Shown: one piece after another, positions 13,207 through 27,531 of the stretch
Layout: each line of letters opens with the position of its first letter
Numbering within the stretch: position 1 is the first letter of the stretch
Source of the DNA: Hypanus sabinus
Taxonomy: Eukaryota
Length of the DNA stretch: 64,000 nucleotides
Assembly: GCF_030144855.1 (NCBI RefSeq)
Contig: NC_082730.1
Location: forward strand, 14,570,001-14,634,000
Direction: 5' to 3'
Translations under genes and position numbers: made by a program
Notes under the pieces: model-generated
Databases searched by the model: none
What the model saw: the letters and a program-made list of their open reading frames with translations, nothing else
What the model was told of the DNA's origin: nothing

Positions 13207-13565
13207 TTTATTCTCATCCAAGCCAAAAGGATAAATGACTCATTAACATCAGCAGTTTATAAACAAGTATCTTAACTGATTACTTATTAATTATTGGAAT
13301 ATCCAACAGCAACAGTCTCAGGCGTTTAAATCCATAGAAGAGAGTTTAATAGAGTAAAATGGTTTTAAGCAATTCACAGCTGTGATAGGGTTAAAAATTG
13401 AGATCAGTGGGAGTGACATGTTGGAAATGGAATGCTAAAAATAAGTCATTGTCTTGAAGTACGGTAACATAATTTTTTCACCTTCATGAAGTTAACAGTT
13501 TAATGACGAGAGGATTACTCTTCCATAAAGTGGGAAGAAGTATGAATATTTTATCTTGTGCAAAA
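13207..13565 (-). pseudogene. Paralogue B1 last exon / 3' UTR remnant
   Basis: 13400-13565 aligns by eye with 48950-49140; AATAAA at 13207-13212. Confidence 0.55.
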
Positions 13566-13892
13566 TTCAAAAATCCAGTAAACAGAAGCCTTCAGGTTAA
13601 CTTATGGACCCGTCTGAGAGGAGCTGATACATTGCCGCTCTGCAAAAGGCAACAGTCAAATCTTCAGACTCGTTGACACTGTGAACTTTGCTTTAGAGTT
13701 GTGCCTGGAGCTTGGACTCCAATATATTCACATCAAGCATTCTGCACACACAGTGTGTCAACATCTTGTCGATATCATCTGCAAATATCTTTGGATTGAT
13801 CATTGGATAAGAAAAGGTCAATGTGTTTAAATGTCTTTCCTTAAGTGATGAGTATATTTGAAAGCAAATTCCACTGATGTCCAGAGGCCTAC

Positions 13893-13982
13893 CTCAGTTT
13901 CCCTTGTGAACCACAAGACTGAAATAGTGTAGTTCATCAGAGAGTGAAGAGCAGCCAACGACCAAGCTTCCATATCATGAAA
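13893..13982 (-). pseudogene. Paralogue B1 TM exon with 1-nt deletion
   Basis: cccctttggtcag|TTTCATG...GAG|gtaggc; 90 nt versus 91 in gene C. Reads FMIWKLGRWLLFTL then TGA TGA; the shifted frame resumes LMNYTISVLWFTRETE. Confidence 0.82.
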
Positions 13983-15763
13983 CTGACCAAAGGGGAAGAG
14001 ATACAGAACTGATGAAATGAAACAAGATGGCTTTGTGTTCGAGACATTTACCTCCTGTTTCTTCTGTAACCTTAGTGGAGAGGAGTGAGGTAAGTAAGCA
14101 GAGCCAGAGGAGTTCAACTAGAAGAGTAAACTGGTGTTGACTGAATGACTGGATGGGGGAAGGGGAACAACCTGTGATTACTAGTTACAGACACATAATC
14201 ACTGGGTCTTGGTCTTTGAATTGAAAACTACACTGTGAAAATGGAATTAGGAAAAATTGAGAAATTAGAATTGCAGAGGTGCTTTTATGATACTGAAATG
14301 GCATTGGATGAAGTGGACATAGCTGTAAGAAAAATGTCATCCAGGGCATAACTTCTTCTCATTGCCACCATCAGGGAGCAGGCGAGGAACATGAAGACAC
14401 ACTCTCAATAATTTAGGAACAGATTCTTCCCCTCCGCCATCAGATTTCTGAAGACAAAATGAACCATCCCATGAACACTACCTCACAGTATTTTGCTTTA
14501 GTTTTGCACTACTTATGAATATATATTTATTTTTTTTATATTCATTTATAGTTTTTTATGTATTGCAGTGTACTGCTGCCACAAAATAACACATTTCATG
14601 ACATGTGCCAGTGATATAAAAGCTGATTCTGATTCTGTGAGGAAGACAGAAATAGAGTCCATGTAAGTAAATATGAAAAATAATGAAGGATAGATGACCC
14701 AATATCAAACCGAGAAAAATAATCATGCGTGATCAAAAGTATCTCTTTATTCCCTGGACAACAGAGGGAAAAGCAAAATTGAGTTCAGCAGTTTCAAAAG
14801 GCCCCACGCACAGCAGAAGATCTGACTTACCAACAAGAGACTTTCTAAATTGGAGAAACAATGGGGTAAATCAATCAGGGCAATGAAAATGACCAGATTA
14901 TAATGCACTTATGATGATAAGAAGGTAGGAACAATGTAGGAATAAAAAGAAATTGCCTCAAGACAATGGTGTCAACTTTCATTGCAGCCATTCCTTAATT
15001 TTATTATGGTTATTGGATTTACTGAGTATGCCCGCATGAAAACAAATCTCAGGGTTGTATACAGTGGCATATATGTACATTTCTGAATTGGACTCAGTTT
15101 GCAGTTCCTCAGCCCAAATAACCAGCTGATCAAGATCCTAGGTAATTCTTCAAAACCCTATTCACTGAATAATTACCTGTTTGAGTGTTATCTGCAACTT
15201 ACACATTTTTCCATAGTTACTGGCATTGAAAATTTGGCTAACACAGCAAGTTGTTACCTTATTGTTTATTGCTTTACCTGCAATCTTTGAGTCAATGCTA
15301 TGTCCGGTAATATCACAGCAAGAGAAAGCAGCATCCTAGGGTTTGGCAAATGCACAAATGTAAGTCATCTCACAGCATGGGAGGAGGTTAGTGACGGAGT
15401 AGTGATGGAGAACATTGTATGACAACCTTTGAGTGCAGCAAATGATTCTAATTTCCAAAAGATAAACATTAGAAGAAGAGACTCATCGTGCTTTTCATTG
15501 TGCATTGGTTGTTAAGAGTGGATATATCTGAGGGATATAAATTATGAGATGTACAGGTTGGATAGAGGACAGCAAACTTTCCCATTCTCAGAGGTGAATA
15601 AATCTAGATGACATAGATTTGGAAGGGATTTGAAGGGATTGTTCTTACCCAGAGAGTGGTGGCAACAGAGTCACAGTCAGAGTTTGGAAAGTGTCTGAAT
15701 GCGGTCTTAAATCATCTCTCAATAAAAGCGATGGGCCATGTGCTGAAAGATAGGGTTTATATA

Positions 15764-16107
15764 CAGTGCTGTGCAAAAGTCTTTTGCACACGTAAAATAA
15801 TTTTGTATAGTGAAGATGTTTTCAAAAACAATTAAATGAAAAGTTTCTGAATAACAAAGAGCAGGAAAATCTTTAAAACTTCATCACTGCCTCTAGGGTT
15901 TTTGTCATGCAGTTCTATAAGAAAATCAGCTGGTAGGTTGTTCCAAGAATATTGGAGAACTTGCCACAGTTCTTCTGCAGACTTTGACTGTCTCACTTGC
16001 TTCTGTCTCACCAGGTAATCCCAGACAGCCTCAGTGATGTTGAGATCAGTTCTCTGTGGTGGCCATACCATCTGAAACAAGGGGCTTAATATATTTGCAC
16101 AGTACTC
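15764..16107 (-). mobile_element. Tc1 deletion derivative
   Basis: TA-flanked TIR cagtgctgtgcaaaagt; transposase C-terminal motif WPPQRTDLNITEAVW. Confidence 0.78.
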
Positions 16108-16849
16108 TACATGGATGGGCAATGGAAAGCCACATGGCCTTTGTCTGTGCTGTACGTCTCTGGGACCGTATGAATCTGTTACACAACAGCAGGATGTGAA
16201 CCCGGATCCTTATCATTCAAAGTAGATTTATTTTCAAAGTGTATGTATGTCACCATATAAAATTCAGATTTACTTTCTTGTGGACATAATAAATCTATGG
16301 AATAATAACCACCACAGAATCAATGAAAGACCATCCAGCTAGAGTGTTCAACCAGAGTGCAGAAGACAACTATGCAAACACAAAAATAAAGGAATAAGTA
16401 AATAAGCAATAAATATCAAGAACATAAGATGAAGAGTCCTTGAAAGTGAGTCCATTGGCTGTGGGAACATTCAATGTTGGGGCAAGTGAAGTTGAGTGAA
16501 GTTATCCCTGTTGGTTATCCATTATCCATTCCAAGTATCTACTTCCAAAATAAAAATGAATATCAACTTTTATCTCTAAGTTATTACAGACTATTCAGAG
16601 AGATTAATTTATCTTGCAGTCTCAGGCCCAAAGCATGCAGAAGAACATTGGTTATAGTACTGGTTGTGGAACTGAAAACAATAGTCCCACTGCAGTTCCG
16701 CCCAAATAGATAAAGTTCTAATTTACCCCCTTAATCATCGCGATGAGCCAAATGGCCTAATTCAGTTCCTATATCTTGTGGTCTTACTTGGGTGCAAGGC
16801 CATCATACTTTCCTGAAAAAATTCCAACAGGATTTTCATGCAATGAAAA

Positions 16850-17335
16850 ACAGTTCTTCTGTGACAAACAGTTCATAAACGCATGTAGACATGGTCAAGA
16901 GACTCAGTTGTTGACCATGCCTAATATTAGAATGAAGAGCAAATACGATTTTAGTAACTTTGACTGTGGAATGATAATTGGTTCCATATGGAGAGGTTTA
17001 AGTATCTCAGAAGCTGTTGATCTCCTGAGATTTTCATGCACAACAGTCCCTTGAGTTTACAGAGAATGGTGCAAAAAACAAAAAACAATATCTACTGAGT
17101 AGAAATTCTGAGAGCAAAGGTGCCTTGCTAATGAGGTAGGTCAGAGAAGAATGACCAGGCTGGTTCAAGCTGACAGAAATACGACAGGAATTCAAATACT
17201 CATGCATTCTGACAGTGGTGTGCAGAACAACAAGTCAAACCTTGAACTGAATGGGCCACGGCAGCAGAAGACTATGAATATACACTCAGTAGCCACTTGC
17301 TGAGGTACGGGAGGTACCTAATAAAGTGACCACTG
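16850..17335. mobile_element. Tc1-like element at a site paralogous to 4955-5512
   Basis: Same terminus followed by the same unique flank (taaaggcag..tgagatatccatca). Confidence 0.7.
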
Positions 17336-19379
17336 AGTTTTAAAGGCAGCTACTTGAGAGATATCCATCACACGTTCGGTGGCTTCCAGGAGAGAATGAA
17401 ATTGTGACTGTGTTCGGTGACTACCCAGTAGAGGGGAAAACTTTTGGCACTGATATTAATACAGAGATAGTGAGGGATGAGCAGGGCCTGGATAAAGATC
17501 TTCCAATCTATTCTGAGGCTGAGCAAAAGGAGTAGGAGACTGCTGTTCTTCAGACGCATCCACAAGATGGGCATTTCAGCAAGCTTAACCCCATGACACT
17601 GATTTCAATGCCATAATGTTATTTGTCGCAGTGATCCCTGCAGAGTGAGATCAGATTCCAGCAATATGATAATCAATTGGCCATTATAGAAGGAGGAACA
17701 AGCTCAATGGGCTGAATGGTTGAATTTTTCCCCTATGTCTTATGGTCTGAAGTGATTGGGAGAAAATGGAGCAGGTTGTTTATGTGAAGCATTCATTGGT
17801 ACTTCCCCAAATTCTGCTTTGTAGGACAAGTAAATAAGATTGAAGTTCTTAACTATACCCTTTGAGAATTGTTTTGAGACTTCCTGGTACAAGGAAAGGT
17901 TCTTGTTCAGAATCAGAATCAGGCTTATTTTCACTGTCTTCAGATGTGAAATTGTTGTTTTGCAGCAGATGAAAGCAAAGCAAGTTCCTTCCCTTAGACC
18001 ATCAACAAGCTCAGGTTTATCAGGTCCAAGTTCACAAGTGGGACCACTGTTTCTGGAATTATCTCCAGCTCATCAACACCTAACAGATAACCCTGAGCCG
18101 AAGAGGTTAAGAGCTCCAATCAGTCTTTGGTGTTACTGCTTCACATCCTCATATTACAGCTGAAGGATATCCCTCCTTCTCAGTGGGGTATTTCAAAATT
18201 CAGAATCCAAATTAAATTTATTATCAAAGTGCATATATGTCACCAAATACTAACCTAATTATAATTGCAAAAATGTGGTTCATCTTCTCATTTTCATGAA
18301 CATTTATTGTTCACTCATGGGTCACAGTCACAGATCAGTACTGAGAAAAGTTACACCTTCTATTTGCAGATTCATACCCTGATGACCGTTGCAAGCTGCA
18401 ATAATTTTCATTTTCAGCTCACTCAGTTTATTCAGCACCCAGCTGTTCTTTCCATTGCTCATTCTTCTTTAAGACCTTTGTACAGTGACTGGAAATGTTC
18501 ATGCTGTGTCTCTTTTTCACTCCATTTCTATAAAATGTGTTATGAAAGGTCAATGATCATGCACTTTATCAAAGTTGAAAAACTTCATTGCAAACTTATT
18601 ATCGAAGTATGTCTGTGTCACCATATACTGTCCTGAGTTAAATTTCCTTACAGGTATTCACAGCGGAACAAAGAAATGCAAAAGAATCAAATTAGACTAT
18701 TCACAAAGACTGACGCACTACCAAACTGCAAAAGAAGGCAAACATTGCAAATACAACAAAAAATTAACAACATAACTAAATAAATAAGACTAAGATATGA
18801 ATTGCAGACACCTTTAAAGTGAAGTCATAGGTTGTGTTCAGTGAGTTAAGTTATCCACTCTGGTTCAGGAGCTGGATTGCTGAACTGTTCCTGAACATGG
18901 CCCATCATTCAGCTCCATGAAATGTAGGAAGGACGGATGCTCTATAGACCAAGAGCCTTGTTTAGACATGTCGGTCACATATTCCAAAGACCCTTTTCCT
19001 TAATTTTTCATAGACTACATTTGCACGGCTAAAGCAGTGATTAACCTCTGATCAATATCTGCTTTTGAGGAAAGAATGCTGTCAAGGTAGGAAAAGTGGT
19101 CTATTTTTTAAGGTTTAAATCATCTTTTATGGAGGTTTGGATAAATATTGGTTAGATGGTGGCTGGTATAGGACCTGTTCCTTTTTTTAAATATTCAAAA
19201 CAAGATTCAAGGCTCTATATGCCTTGGCAAAGGCATTCAGGGTACATTGGAAGTCTTCTTCAGAATGTGTTTTGATGGTGTTGTCATCCGCATACAGAAG
19301 CTCCATGATAGTGATGGTGCTGACCTTGTTCTTGGACTTGAGCCAGTTGAGGTTGAAAATTCTGTTGTCCATTCTATAC

Positions 19380-21000
19380 ATGATTGGGATTCACTGTGGC
19401 AGATCTTGGCCAATGATCCTTGCATTCAGGATGAGGTGATAAAGTGGATAAGACATTGGCTTTGTGGGAGAAGCCAGAGAGTGGTATTGGAGTGTTGCCT
19501 CTCTGACGGGAGGCCTGTGAGTAGTGCTGTGCTGCAGGGTTTGGTGCTGGGCCCTTTTTTGTTTGTCATCTGTATCAATGATCTAGATGCTAGTGTGGTT
19601 AACTGTATCAGCAAATCTGCGGATGACACCAAGTCTTGTGGTGCAGTAGGAAGTTAGGAAGGTTATGGTGGCTTGCAGAGAGATTTGTGTCAGCTGGAAA
19701 ATGGGTTGAGAAATGGCAGATGGAAGGTAGTGCACACAAGTGTGTGGATATGCTTTTCAGTAGGACCAACCAGGATAGGTCTTGTGCAATGAATGGTATG
19801 GCACTGAGGAACGTGGAAACACAAATGGATCTGGGAATACGGCCTATATTTCATTGAAAGTGGCACCACAGGTAGACAGGATCCTAAAGAAAGCTTTTAC
19901 ACGTTGGCTTTCAACATATTGAATACAGGAGATGAGAGGTTATGTTGAGGTTGCATAAGACATTTGTGAGGCCTAACTTGGAGTATTGTGTGCAGTTTTG
20001 GTCACCTGTCTATGGGAAAAATGTAAGCAAGTTTGAAAGAGTACAAATATAATTATAAGGATGTGGTCAGGTCCAGAGGAGCAGAATTTTAAGGAAATAT
20101 TGACTGGACTTGAGTTTAAGAGCCAAAAGGTAATGTTGCAACTATATAAGACACTGGCCAGACCCCACTGTGCTCAGTTCTGGTCGTCTCACTACAGGAA
20201 GGATCTGGAAGCCATAGAAAGAGTGCAGAGAAGATCTACAAGGATGTTGCCTGGATTGGGGAGTATGCCCTATTTGAATAGGTTGAGTGAACTCGGCCTT
20301 TTCTCCTTGGAGCAACACGGAGGATGAGAGGTGACCTGACAGAGGTGTACAAGATGATGAGAGGCATCGATTGTGTGGTTAGTCAGAGGCTTTTTCTCAG
20401 GGCTGAAATGGCTAGCACGAGAGGGAATAGCTTTAAGGTGCTTGGAAGTAGGTTCAGAGGAGATGTGAGGGGTAAGTTTTTTACGCAGGGAGTGGTGAGT
20501 ATGTGGAATGTGCTGCCGGTGATGGTGGTGGAGGCGGATTCAATAGATCTTTTAAGAGACTCCTGGATAGGTACATGGAGCTTAAAAACATAGAGGGCTA
20601 TGGGTAACCCTAGATACTTTCTAAAGTAAGGACAAGTTTAGCACAGCTTTGTAGACCGAAGGGCCTTTATTGTGCTGTAGGTTTTCTATGTCTCTATGAG
20701 GACTGTATTCTTTAGAATGTAGAAGATTGAGAGGAGACTTGATAGAAGTATACAAAATCATGAGGGGTATAAATCGGGTAAATGCAAGCAGACTTTTTAC
20801 ACTGAAGTTTGGTGGGACTACAAGCAGAACTCAGGGGCTATGGGTGAAAGGTGTGAGGTTTATGGGGGACATGAGGGGAGACTTCTTCACTCAGAGGATC
20901 ATGAGAGTTTGGAATGAGCTCCCTGCACAAGTGGTGCATACAAGTCCAATTTCAATATTTAAGAAAAGTTTAGATACTAGGGATATGGAGGTCTATGATC
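19380..21000 (+). mobile_element. Composite CR1 3' fragments
   Basis: VLQGLVLGPFLF..ADDTK; ERVQRR..MLPGL; MRGDL repeated. Confidence 0.85.
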
Positions 21001-21004
21001 CAAT

Positions 21005-23400
21005 GCAGGTTAGAATCATAGAACACTACAGCACAGAAAACAGGCCATTCAGCCCTTCTAGTCTGTGCCAAAACTTTATTCTGCTACTCTTATTGACCTG
21101 CACCCAGCCCATAACCCTCCAGACCTCTTCCATCCATGTATCAATCCAATTTATTCTTAAAACGTAAGAGTGAGCCCACATTTATCATGTCAGATGGCAG
21201 CTCATTCCACACTTCCACCACCCTCTGAGTGAAGAAGTTCCCCCTAATGTTCACCCAAAGCTTTCTCCTTTCACCCTAAAGCCATGTCCTCTTGTATTTA
21301 TCTCTCCTAATCTAAGTGGAAAGAGCCTACTCACTTTTCCTCTGTTTATACCCCTAATAATTTTGTAAACCTCTATCAAATCTCCCCTCATTCTTCTACG
21401 CTCCAAGGAATGAAGTCCTAACCTGTTTAATATTTCCCTGTAGCTCAACTCCTGAAGACCTGGCAACATCTTAGTAAATCTTCTCTGCACTCTTTCAATC
21501 TTACTGATATCCTTCCTATAGTTAGGTGACCAGAACTGCCCACAATATTCCAAATTTGGCCTCAACAATGTTTTATACAACCTCACCATAACATCCCAAC
21601 TCCTATACTCAATACTTTGATTTATGAATGCCAGGATACCAAAAACCTTCTTTACAACTCTACTTGTGATGCCACTTTCAGGGAATTATGTATCTGAACT
21701 CCCAGATTCCTTGTTCATCCACACTCCTAAGTGCCCTACCACCTTCTATGTATATCCTACCTTGATTTTTCCTTCCAAAATGCAACACTTCACACTTACC
21801 AGCATTAAATTCCATCTGCCATTTTCTGGCCCTTTTTCCCAGTTGGTCCAAATCCCTCTGCAAGCTTTGAAAGCCTTCCTCACTGTCCACAACACTTTTA
21901 ATCTTAGTATCATCAGCAAACTTGCTGATCCAGTTTATCACATTATCATCTAGATCATTGATACTGACAACAAACAACAATGGTCTCAGCACAGATCCCT
22001 GAGGCACACCACTAGTCACAGGCCTCCAGTCTGAAAAGCAATCATCCACTACCACTCTCTGTCTTCTCCCACACAGCCAATTTCAAATCCAGATTATAAC
22101 CTCTCCATGGATACCTAGTGTCTGTGTCTGAACCTTCTGAACTAACCTCCCATGTGGGACCTTGTCAAAGGCCTTACTATAGTCCACGTAGACAACATCC
22201 ACAGCCTTTCTTTCACCTACTTTCTTGGTAACCTCCTCGAAAAACTCTACAAGATTCGTTAAACACTATCTACCATGCACAAAGCCATGCTGACTGTCCT
22301 TAATCAGCCATTGGCTGTCCAAATACTTGTATATCTGATCTCCCAGAACACCTTCCCATATTTTACCTACTACTGATGTCAGGCTCACTGGCCTGTAATT
22401 ACCTAGTTTACTCTTGGAGCCTTTTTTAATCAACAGAACAACATGAGCTACCCTCCAATCCTCCCGCACTGCACCCATGGCTAGGGACATTCTAAATATT
22501 TCTGCCAGGGCCCCTGCAATTTCTACACTAGTCTCAATCAAGGTCTGAGGAAATATCATGTCAGGCCTGGAGGATTTATCTACCTTTATTCACAGTAAGG
22601 CAGCAAGCACCTCCTCCTCTTTAATCTCTATATGTCCCATGACACTACAGCTTGTTTCCCTTCCTTCTATAAATGCTATGCCCGTTGCCTGAGTAAATAC
22701 TGATACAAAAAAACTGTTCAAGATCTCCCCCATCTCGTGAGGCTCCACACATAGGTGACCTCTCTGATCTTCTAGGGGACCAATTTTGTCACTTACTATC
22801 CTTTTACTCTTAACATACTTGTAGAAACCCTTCGGATTTACGTTCACATTATCTGGCAAAGCAACTTCATGTCTTCTTTTTGCCTTTCTGATTTCCTTCT
22901 TTAGTATTTTCTTACATTTTCTATACTCTTGTAGTACCTCATTTGTTCCTTGTTTCCTATACCTGCTATACACCTCTCTCTTTTTCTTAACCAGATCGCC
23001 AATATCCCTTGGAAACCAAGGTTCCCTATGCCTGTTAACTTTGCCTTTAATCCTAGCAGGAACATGCAAACTCTGTACGCTCAAAATTTCGGCTTTGTAC
23101 ACATCCTTGCCAGTAAACAACTTAACTGAATCCACTCTTCCTAGATCCTTTCTCATTTCCACAAAATTGGCCCTTCTTCAATTTAGAACCTCAATTCGAG
23201 GACCAGACCCATCTTTATCCATAATTAACTTAAAACTAATGACATTATGGGCGCTGGACCCAAAATGTTCACCTACACATACTTCTGTCACCTGACCTGT
23301 CTGGTTCCCTAATAGGAGATCAAGTATTGCATCCTGTCTTGTTGGTACCTCTATATATATTGATTTAGAAAACTTTCCTGAGCACATTTGACATTGTGTT
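21005..23400 (-). mobile_element. CR1 LINE, about 2.4-kb ORF2 remnant
   Basis: ORF pieces NYRPVSLTS, GVPQGSVL, KFADDTK, RVQRRFTKMLPG. Confidence 0.9.
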
Positions 23401-23455
23401 CAGGTTGATGGTAATAGGCAGTTTAAGTGGTTTCAGCATGGACGAGATGGGTCAA

Positions 23456-23650
23456 TGATGCACCATCAATAACTCTCGGAGACGGGAGGCGAACAATAGG
23501 CTTTTATTAGCTGCAAGAGACCACCACACAACATTCTGGAGACTGAAGGGGGAGCAGTGCCTCCAACCACCTTTATACAGGGGTCTGTGGGAAGAGCCAC
23601 AGCAGCAGTCAGGAGGGGCATGTCCAGGCATGTATATGTAGTTCACCACA
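23456..23650 (-). mobile_element. Solo LTR, same family as 41660-41876
   Basis: TG..CA ends; 5-bp TSD GTCAA. Confidence 0.9.
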
Positions 23651-23734
23651 GTCAAGTAGCCTGTTTCTCTTCTCTGTGACTCAATAATGAGGTGAAGGAT
23701 GCAAGCAATAAAGATTGCAGTTAGAGTGGGCACA

Positions 23735-25000
23735 ATGGCACAGCCCTATTAGACTCCTGAGTTGATTGTGAAGGGCTCTGATTTATCACTATTATTGCTG
23801 AGCACTGTGGCTAACGTACCATCATGCAATAGTCTCAGTTTTTGTAAGCACTTGTGTTGATAATATATGCTAGAGAACTTTGCTTCCATTGTATCAAATG
23901 CCTTTGCAAATCTATTAAAGCTAAATACAGGGTTGCCTTTGTTGATGGCATTTTTTTTCCTTTTTTTGAGCATGCTGTGAAAATCATGTCTCCGCTACCT
24001 CCAGATGTGTGGAAACCATACTGTTATTCTGGGAGTACTTCTTCAGATAGCAGAAGGAGTCCATTGACAAGGATATGAGCAAGCACTTGGCATGTTGTTG
24101 ACTGGAGGAAGCTGCCTCTGAAATTGCCACAATCTGTCTTGTCTTCCTTTTTGAATATAGTCACTATTAAGAGTATCCCTGAGTCTGAGGACATTTGTTC
24201 CTTTTCCCAATTGATCAGTAGCAGGGCATGCATGCATGTGGTGCAGGAGTGCTGGTACTTCTTTGAGGATCTCTGCTGGGATGCAGTCAGAACGAATGCC
24301 TTTATTGCTTTTTGGGCTTCTGGTGGCAAAATGGACTTCCTTCATAATGGGAAGATCCCCTATGTCTTCTGTCACAGGTCTCTGGAGATTTGATTAGTAA
24401 GCCCTGATTCAGCAGCACTATTGCACTTAAGAAGTCCTTGAAAGTGTTCTCTCCATTGATTATTGATAATCTTTGAATATTTCAGCAAGCTCTTCCCATC
24501 CATTGAACATAAGGGTTTTAACCCACAGTCACTTGAACCATAGACTGCTTTGGTGGCACTGAAGAAGCCTCTGTCATTCTATGGATTTCCAGAGCTTTTT
24601 CAGTTCACTCTTTAGCTCCCGTACCTGTGATAGACATTGCTTTGGCTCTGGAGGAAGCTTCTCCTTTGACCTTGCTGCTGATGTCATTCTGCTAAGCACA
24701 AATGCTTTCATTTTCTTGGAGATAAGTTCATCTATCTCCATGTCATTATCATCAAAACAATCCCAATGTTTTCTGAACTTTTAACCAAGGATGCTTTTTG
24801 CAGACATTGTTCTTCGATATCCTCTGGATATGCCTCTTGGAGCTTTTCCCTAAATGATACCTGATGGTACTGTTGGGTGGCAGTGTCAACCAGGTACTCA
24901 TGTTTTAGCCATGGACCGGTCTGCTTCTTATGAACCCTCCTCTTTTCCATGAGCCTGATGGATGTTGTGCTATAGATCAGCTGACCATCTGTCTAACAGT
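23735..25000 (-). mobile_element. RTE-clade LINE remnant
   Basis: KSNKGIRSDCIPAEILK, IVTIFKKEDKTDCGNFRG, SEPFTINSGV. Further RTE bits at 19150-19380 (ELLYADD) and 46830-47125. Confidence 0.75.
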
Positions 25001-25499
25001 CATCTACGTCTATCATGGCACTCGCGATAAATAATTCCAGAATTGAATGGCTTAACATATGAAGAGTGTTTGATGACTCTGGGGCTGTATTCATTAGAAC
25101 TTAAAAGAAGAAGAGGTGACCTCATTGAAACATTTCGAATGGTGAAAGGCTTTGATAGAGTTGATGTGGAAAGGATATTTCCTATGGTGGGAGGGTGTAA
25201 GACCAGAGGACATAGCCTGAGAACAGAGGGGTGTCCTTTTAAAATGGAGATGAGAAGCAATTTCATTAGCCAGAGAGCGGTGGACCTGTGGAATTCTTTG
25301 TGACAGACATTTGTGGAGGCCTAGTCTTTATGTATATTATGATGGAGGTTGATAGTTTCTTGACTTGTCAGAGCATGAAGGGATACATGAAGAAGGCAGG
25401 AGAAAGGGACTGAGAGGAAAATTGGAGTAGCCATGATGAAATGTTGGAGCAACTCAATGGGCCAAAATGGCCTAAATCTGCTCCTTCATCTTACGGTCT

Positions 25500-26620
25500 T
25501 ATGGTCGTATGATAGACATGGCAATGCATTCCCTAGCTTGGACAATGACATCATCAATGAGGTGACTCTATTTCGATTGGATATGTTGCCTAGATACCCT
25601 GAATTTCCTTATCTGGTGGAATAGAATGTTTGTGATGATAAGATTGTGCTCAGCACATGTGGGGAGTGATGCACCATCAATAACTCTCGAAGACGAGAGG
25701 CGAGATATAGGCTTTTATTGGCTGGAAGAAAGAACAAGCAGCAATTGACCACCACACTACATCCTGGAGACTGAGACCGGGGCAGCAAGGTGGGGGCATG
25801 TCCAGACAGGTATATGTAGTTCACCACAGGGAGTCATGCTCCATTTGATTTTATTCAGTGCCCAGCCTTACTTTCCATTGATCATTATCCTTCAGACCTC
25901 TGTACAATGACAGTCATTGTGCTCAAAGTGAATAACTCATTGCAGTATTCTCTGTGTATTGATATTCCTTAATATATCAGGAAAACATGTGCCTGTCTGA
26001 AATAAAATTTGCAGATGATGGAAACATTCAGTAGGTCAGGCAGCAACTACAAGGGAAATAACAAAGTTAAAACTTCAGGTCAACATTTTTCAATAAAATC
26101 ATCCTGATAGGATGTCATCATCTGAAGATTATTTGATTCTTTCTCCTAAAAGTTTCTAACTACTGACACCTTAAAGAAAATCTAGGACCCTGAATTCATG
26201 AGAGAAGTTTCATTCTGAACAGTGCAAATGAATACATAGTTAATTGAAAACAGAACATTAAGAAGAAGCATTTCCATTTATATATTCATAGTTGTTCACT
26301 CAAATAAACAACAGTAAAGTCAGTAATTTGAATCTATAGAACAGATTTCAACACAGTAAAATAATTTTGAGCAGTTTGCGATCACGCAAAAGTTAAAAAT
26401 TGATGCTGGAGTGATGCAGGAAATCTTGAGAAGATGTCACAATATTAAGATCAGCATGGGCGAAGTGTTGCAGGTAGAATTCTATTAAACAAAGCCACTA
26501 TCTTGAAGTATGACAAGATTATTTTGCTTGATTTCACCTTCTAAGTCAATGTTGTAATAACAAGCAACATTAATTTTGTATTAAATCTCCACAAAGTATG
26601 ATAAATAATGAATAATGAAA
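25500..26620 (-). pseudogene. Paralogue B2 last exon / 3' UTR remnant
   Basis: Collinear with 47990-49135. The acceptor position reads caa instead of cag (26576-26578); AATAAA at 25850-25855. Confidence 0.65.
25667..25828 (-). mobile_element. Solo LTR (internally deleted), same family
   Basis: 5-bp TSD GGGAG; the empty site is visible in the paralogous sequence near 48120. Confidence 0.9.
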
Positions 26621-27531
26621 TGCAGAGGAGGCTTGACCTAAGATCGAGTGGTGGACCTACTTCTGACAAAGTAAATTGAAAGTAAATTTATTCTCAATGT
26701 ACATCTACATCAGCATATACAAAACTGAGATTCATTTTCTGTGGGCATTCTCAATAATTCTATAGAATAATGAAAATAACAGAATCCTATAAGACTGCCA
26801 AACTTGGGAGTTCATCTTGAGTGCAGAAGACAGCAAACTGTGCAAATACAAAAAGAAAGAAAGAAAAATAAGTAAAAAAGCAACCAATTTCAAGAACATG
26901 AGATGGAGTCCTTGAAAATGAGAATGATGGTTGTGGAAAAAAAGCCAAATTAAAAAGGTGCTGGCTATTCAATCTACTTATGCCTCCTACCACTATTAAC
27001 ACCTTTATCAAATTACCTCTTATCTTCCAAAGAGAGAAGCCCGAGCTCTCTCAATGTATCCTCACAAAAGATGTTATCTATACCAGGCATCATTCTGGTA
27101 AGCCTCTTCTAAAGCTACTATGTGCTTTCTGTATTGAGGTGACCAGAACTGAACACAATACTTCAAGTGTGGATTAACCAGAGTTTTTCGAGCTGAAACC
27201 TTACCTCAAGCCTCTTGAATTCAACCCCCCGACAAATGTTACTCACCCTATCAATGTGCATGGCAATTTCCTGTTCATGGGGCTTTTAGTAGACCAAGTC
27301 AAGACAGGGACGCAAACAAAATCTCAGGTGACATCTACTATTGGATTGTCTGAGCCGATTTGTCTTTTTACTTTAACATGTCTCCAAGGTAACACCAGTG
27401 ATTGAAAGTGGGTGTTCCTCTTTCTCCCACCCTCCCCTCCCTCTGCAAGCCACACCATCAATAATATCCCAGTAATTATATCTCATGTGGCAGTAGCGTC
27501 AATCAAAACACTGGTATTGAGGACATTGTAC

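Noticed and set aside
14831-14844. 14-nt microexon-like tttag|AAAGTCTCTTGTTG|gtaagt upstream of the B1 TM exon
   Set aside because: Phase is incompatible with the ancestral TM frame and there is no counterpart in gene C.
15400-15470. Weak similarity to the stalk-exon ends (possible B1 stalk remnant)
   Set aside because: The match is too short and the donor position reads AT; not distinguishable from chance.
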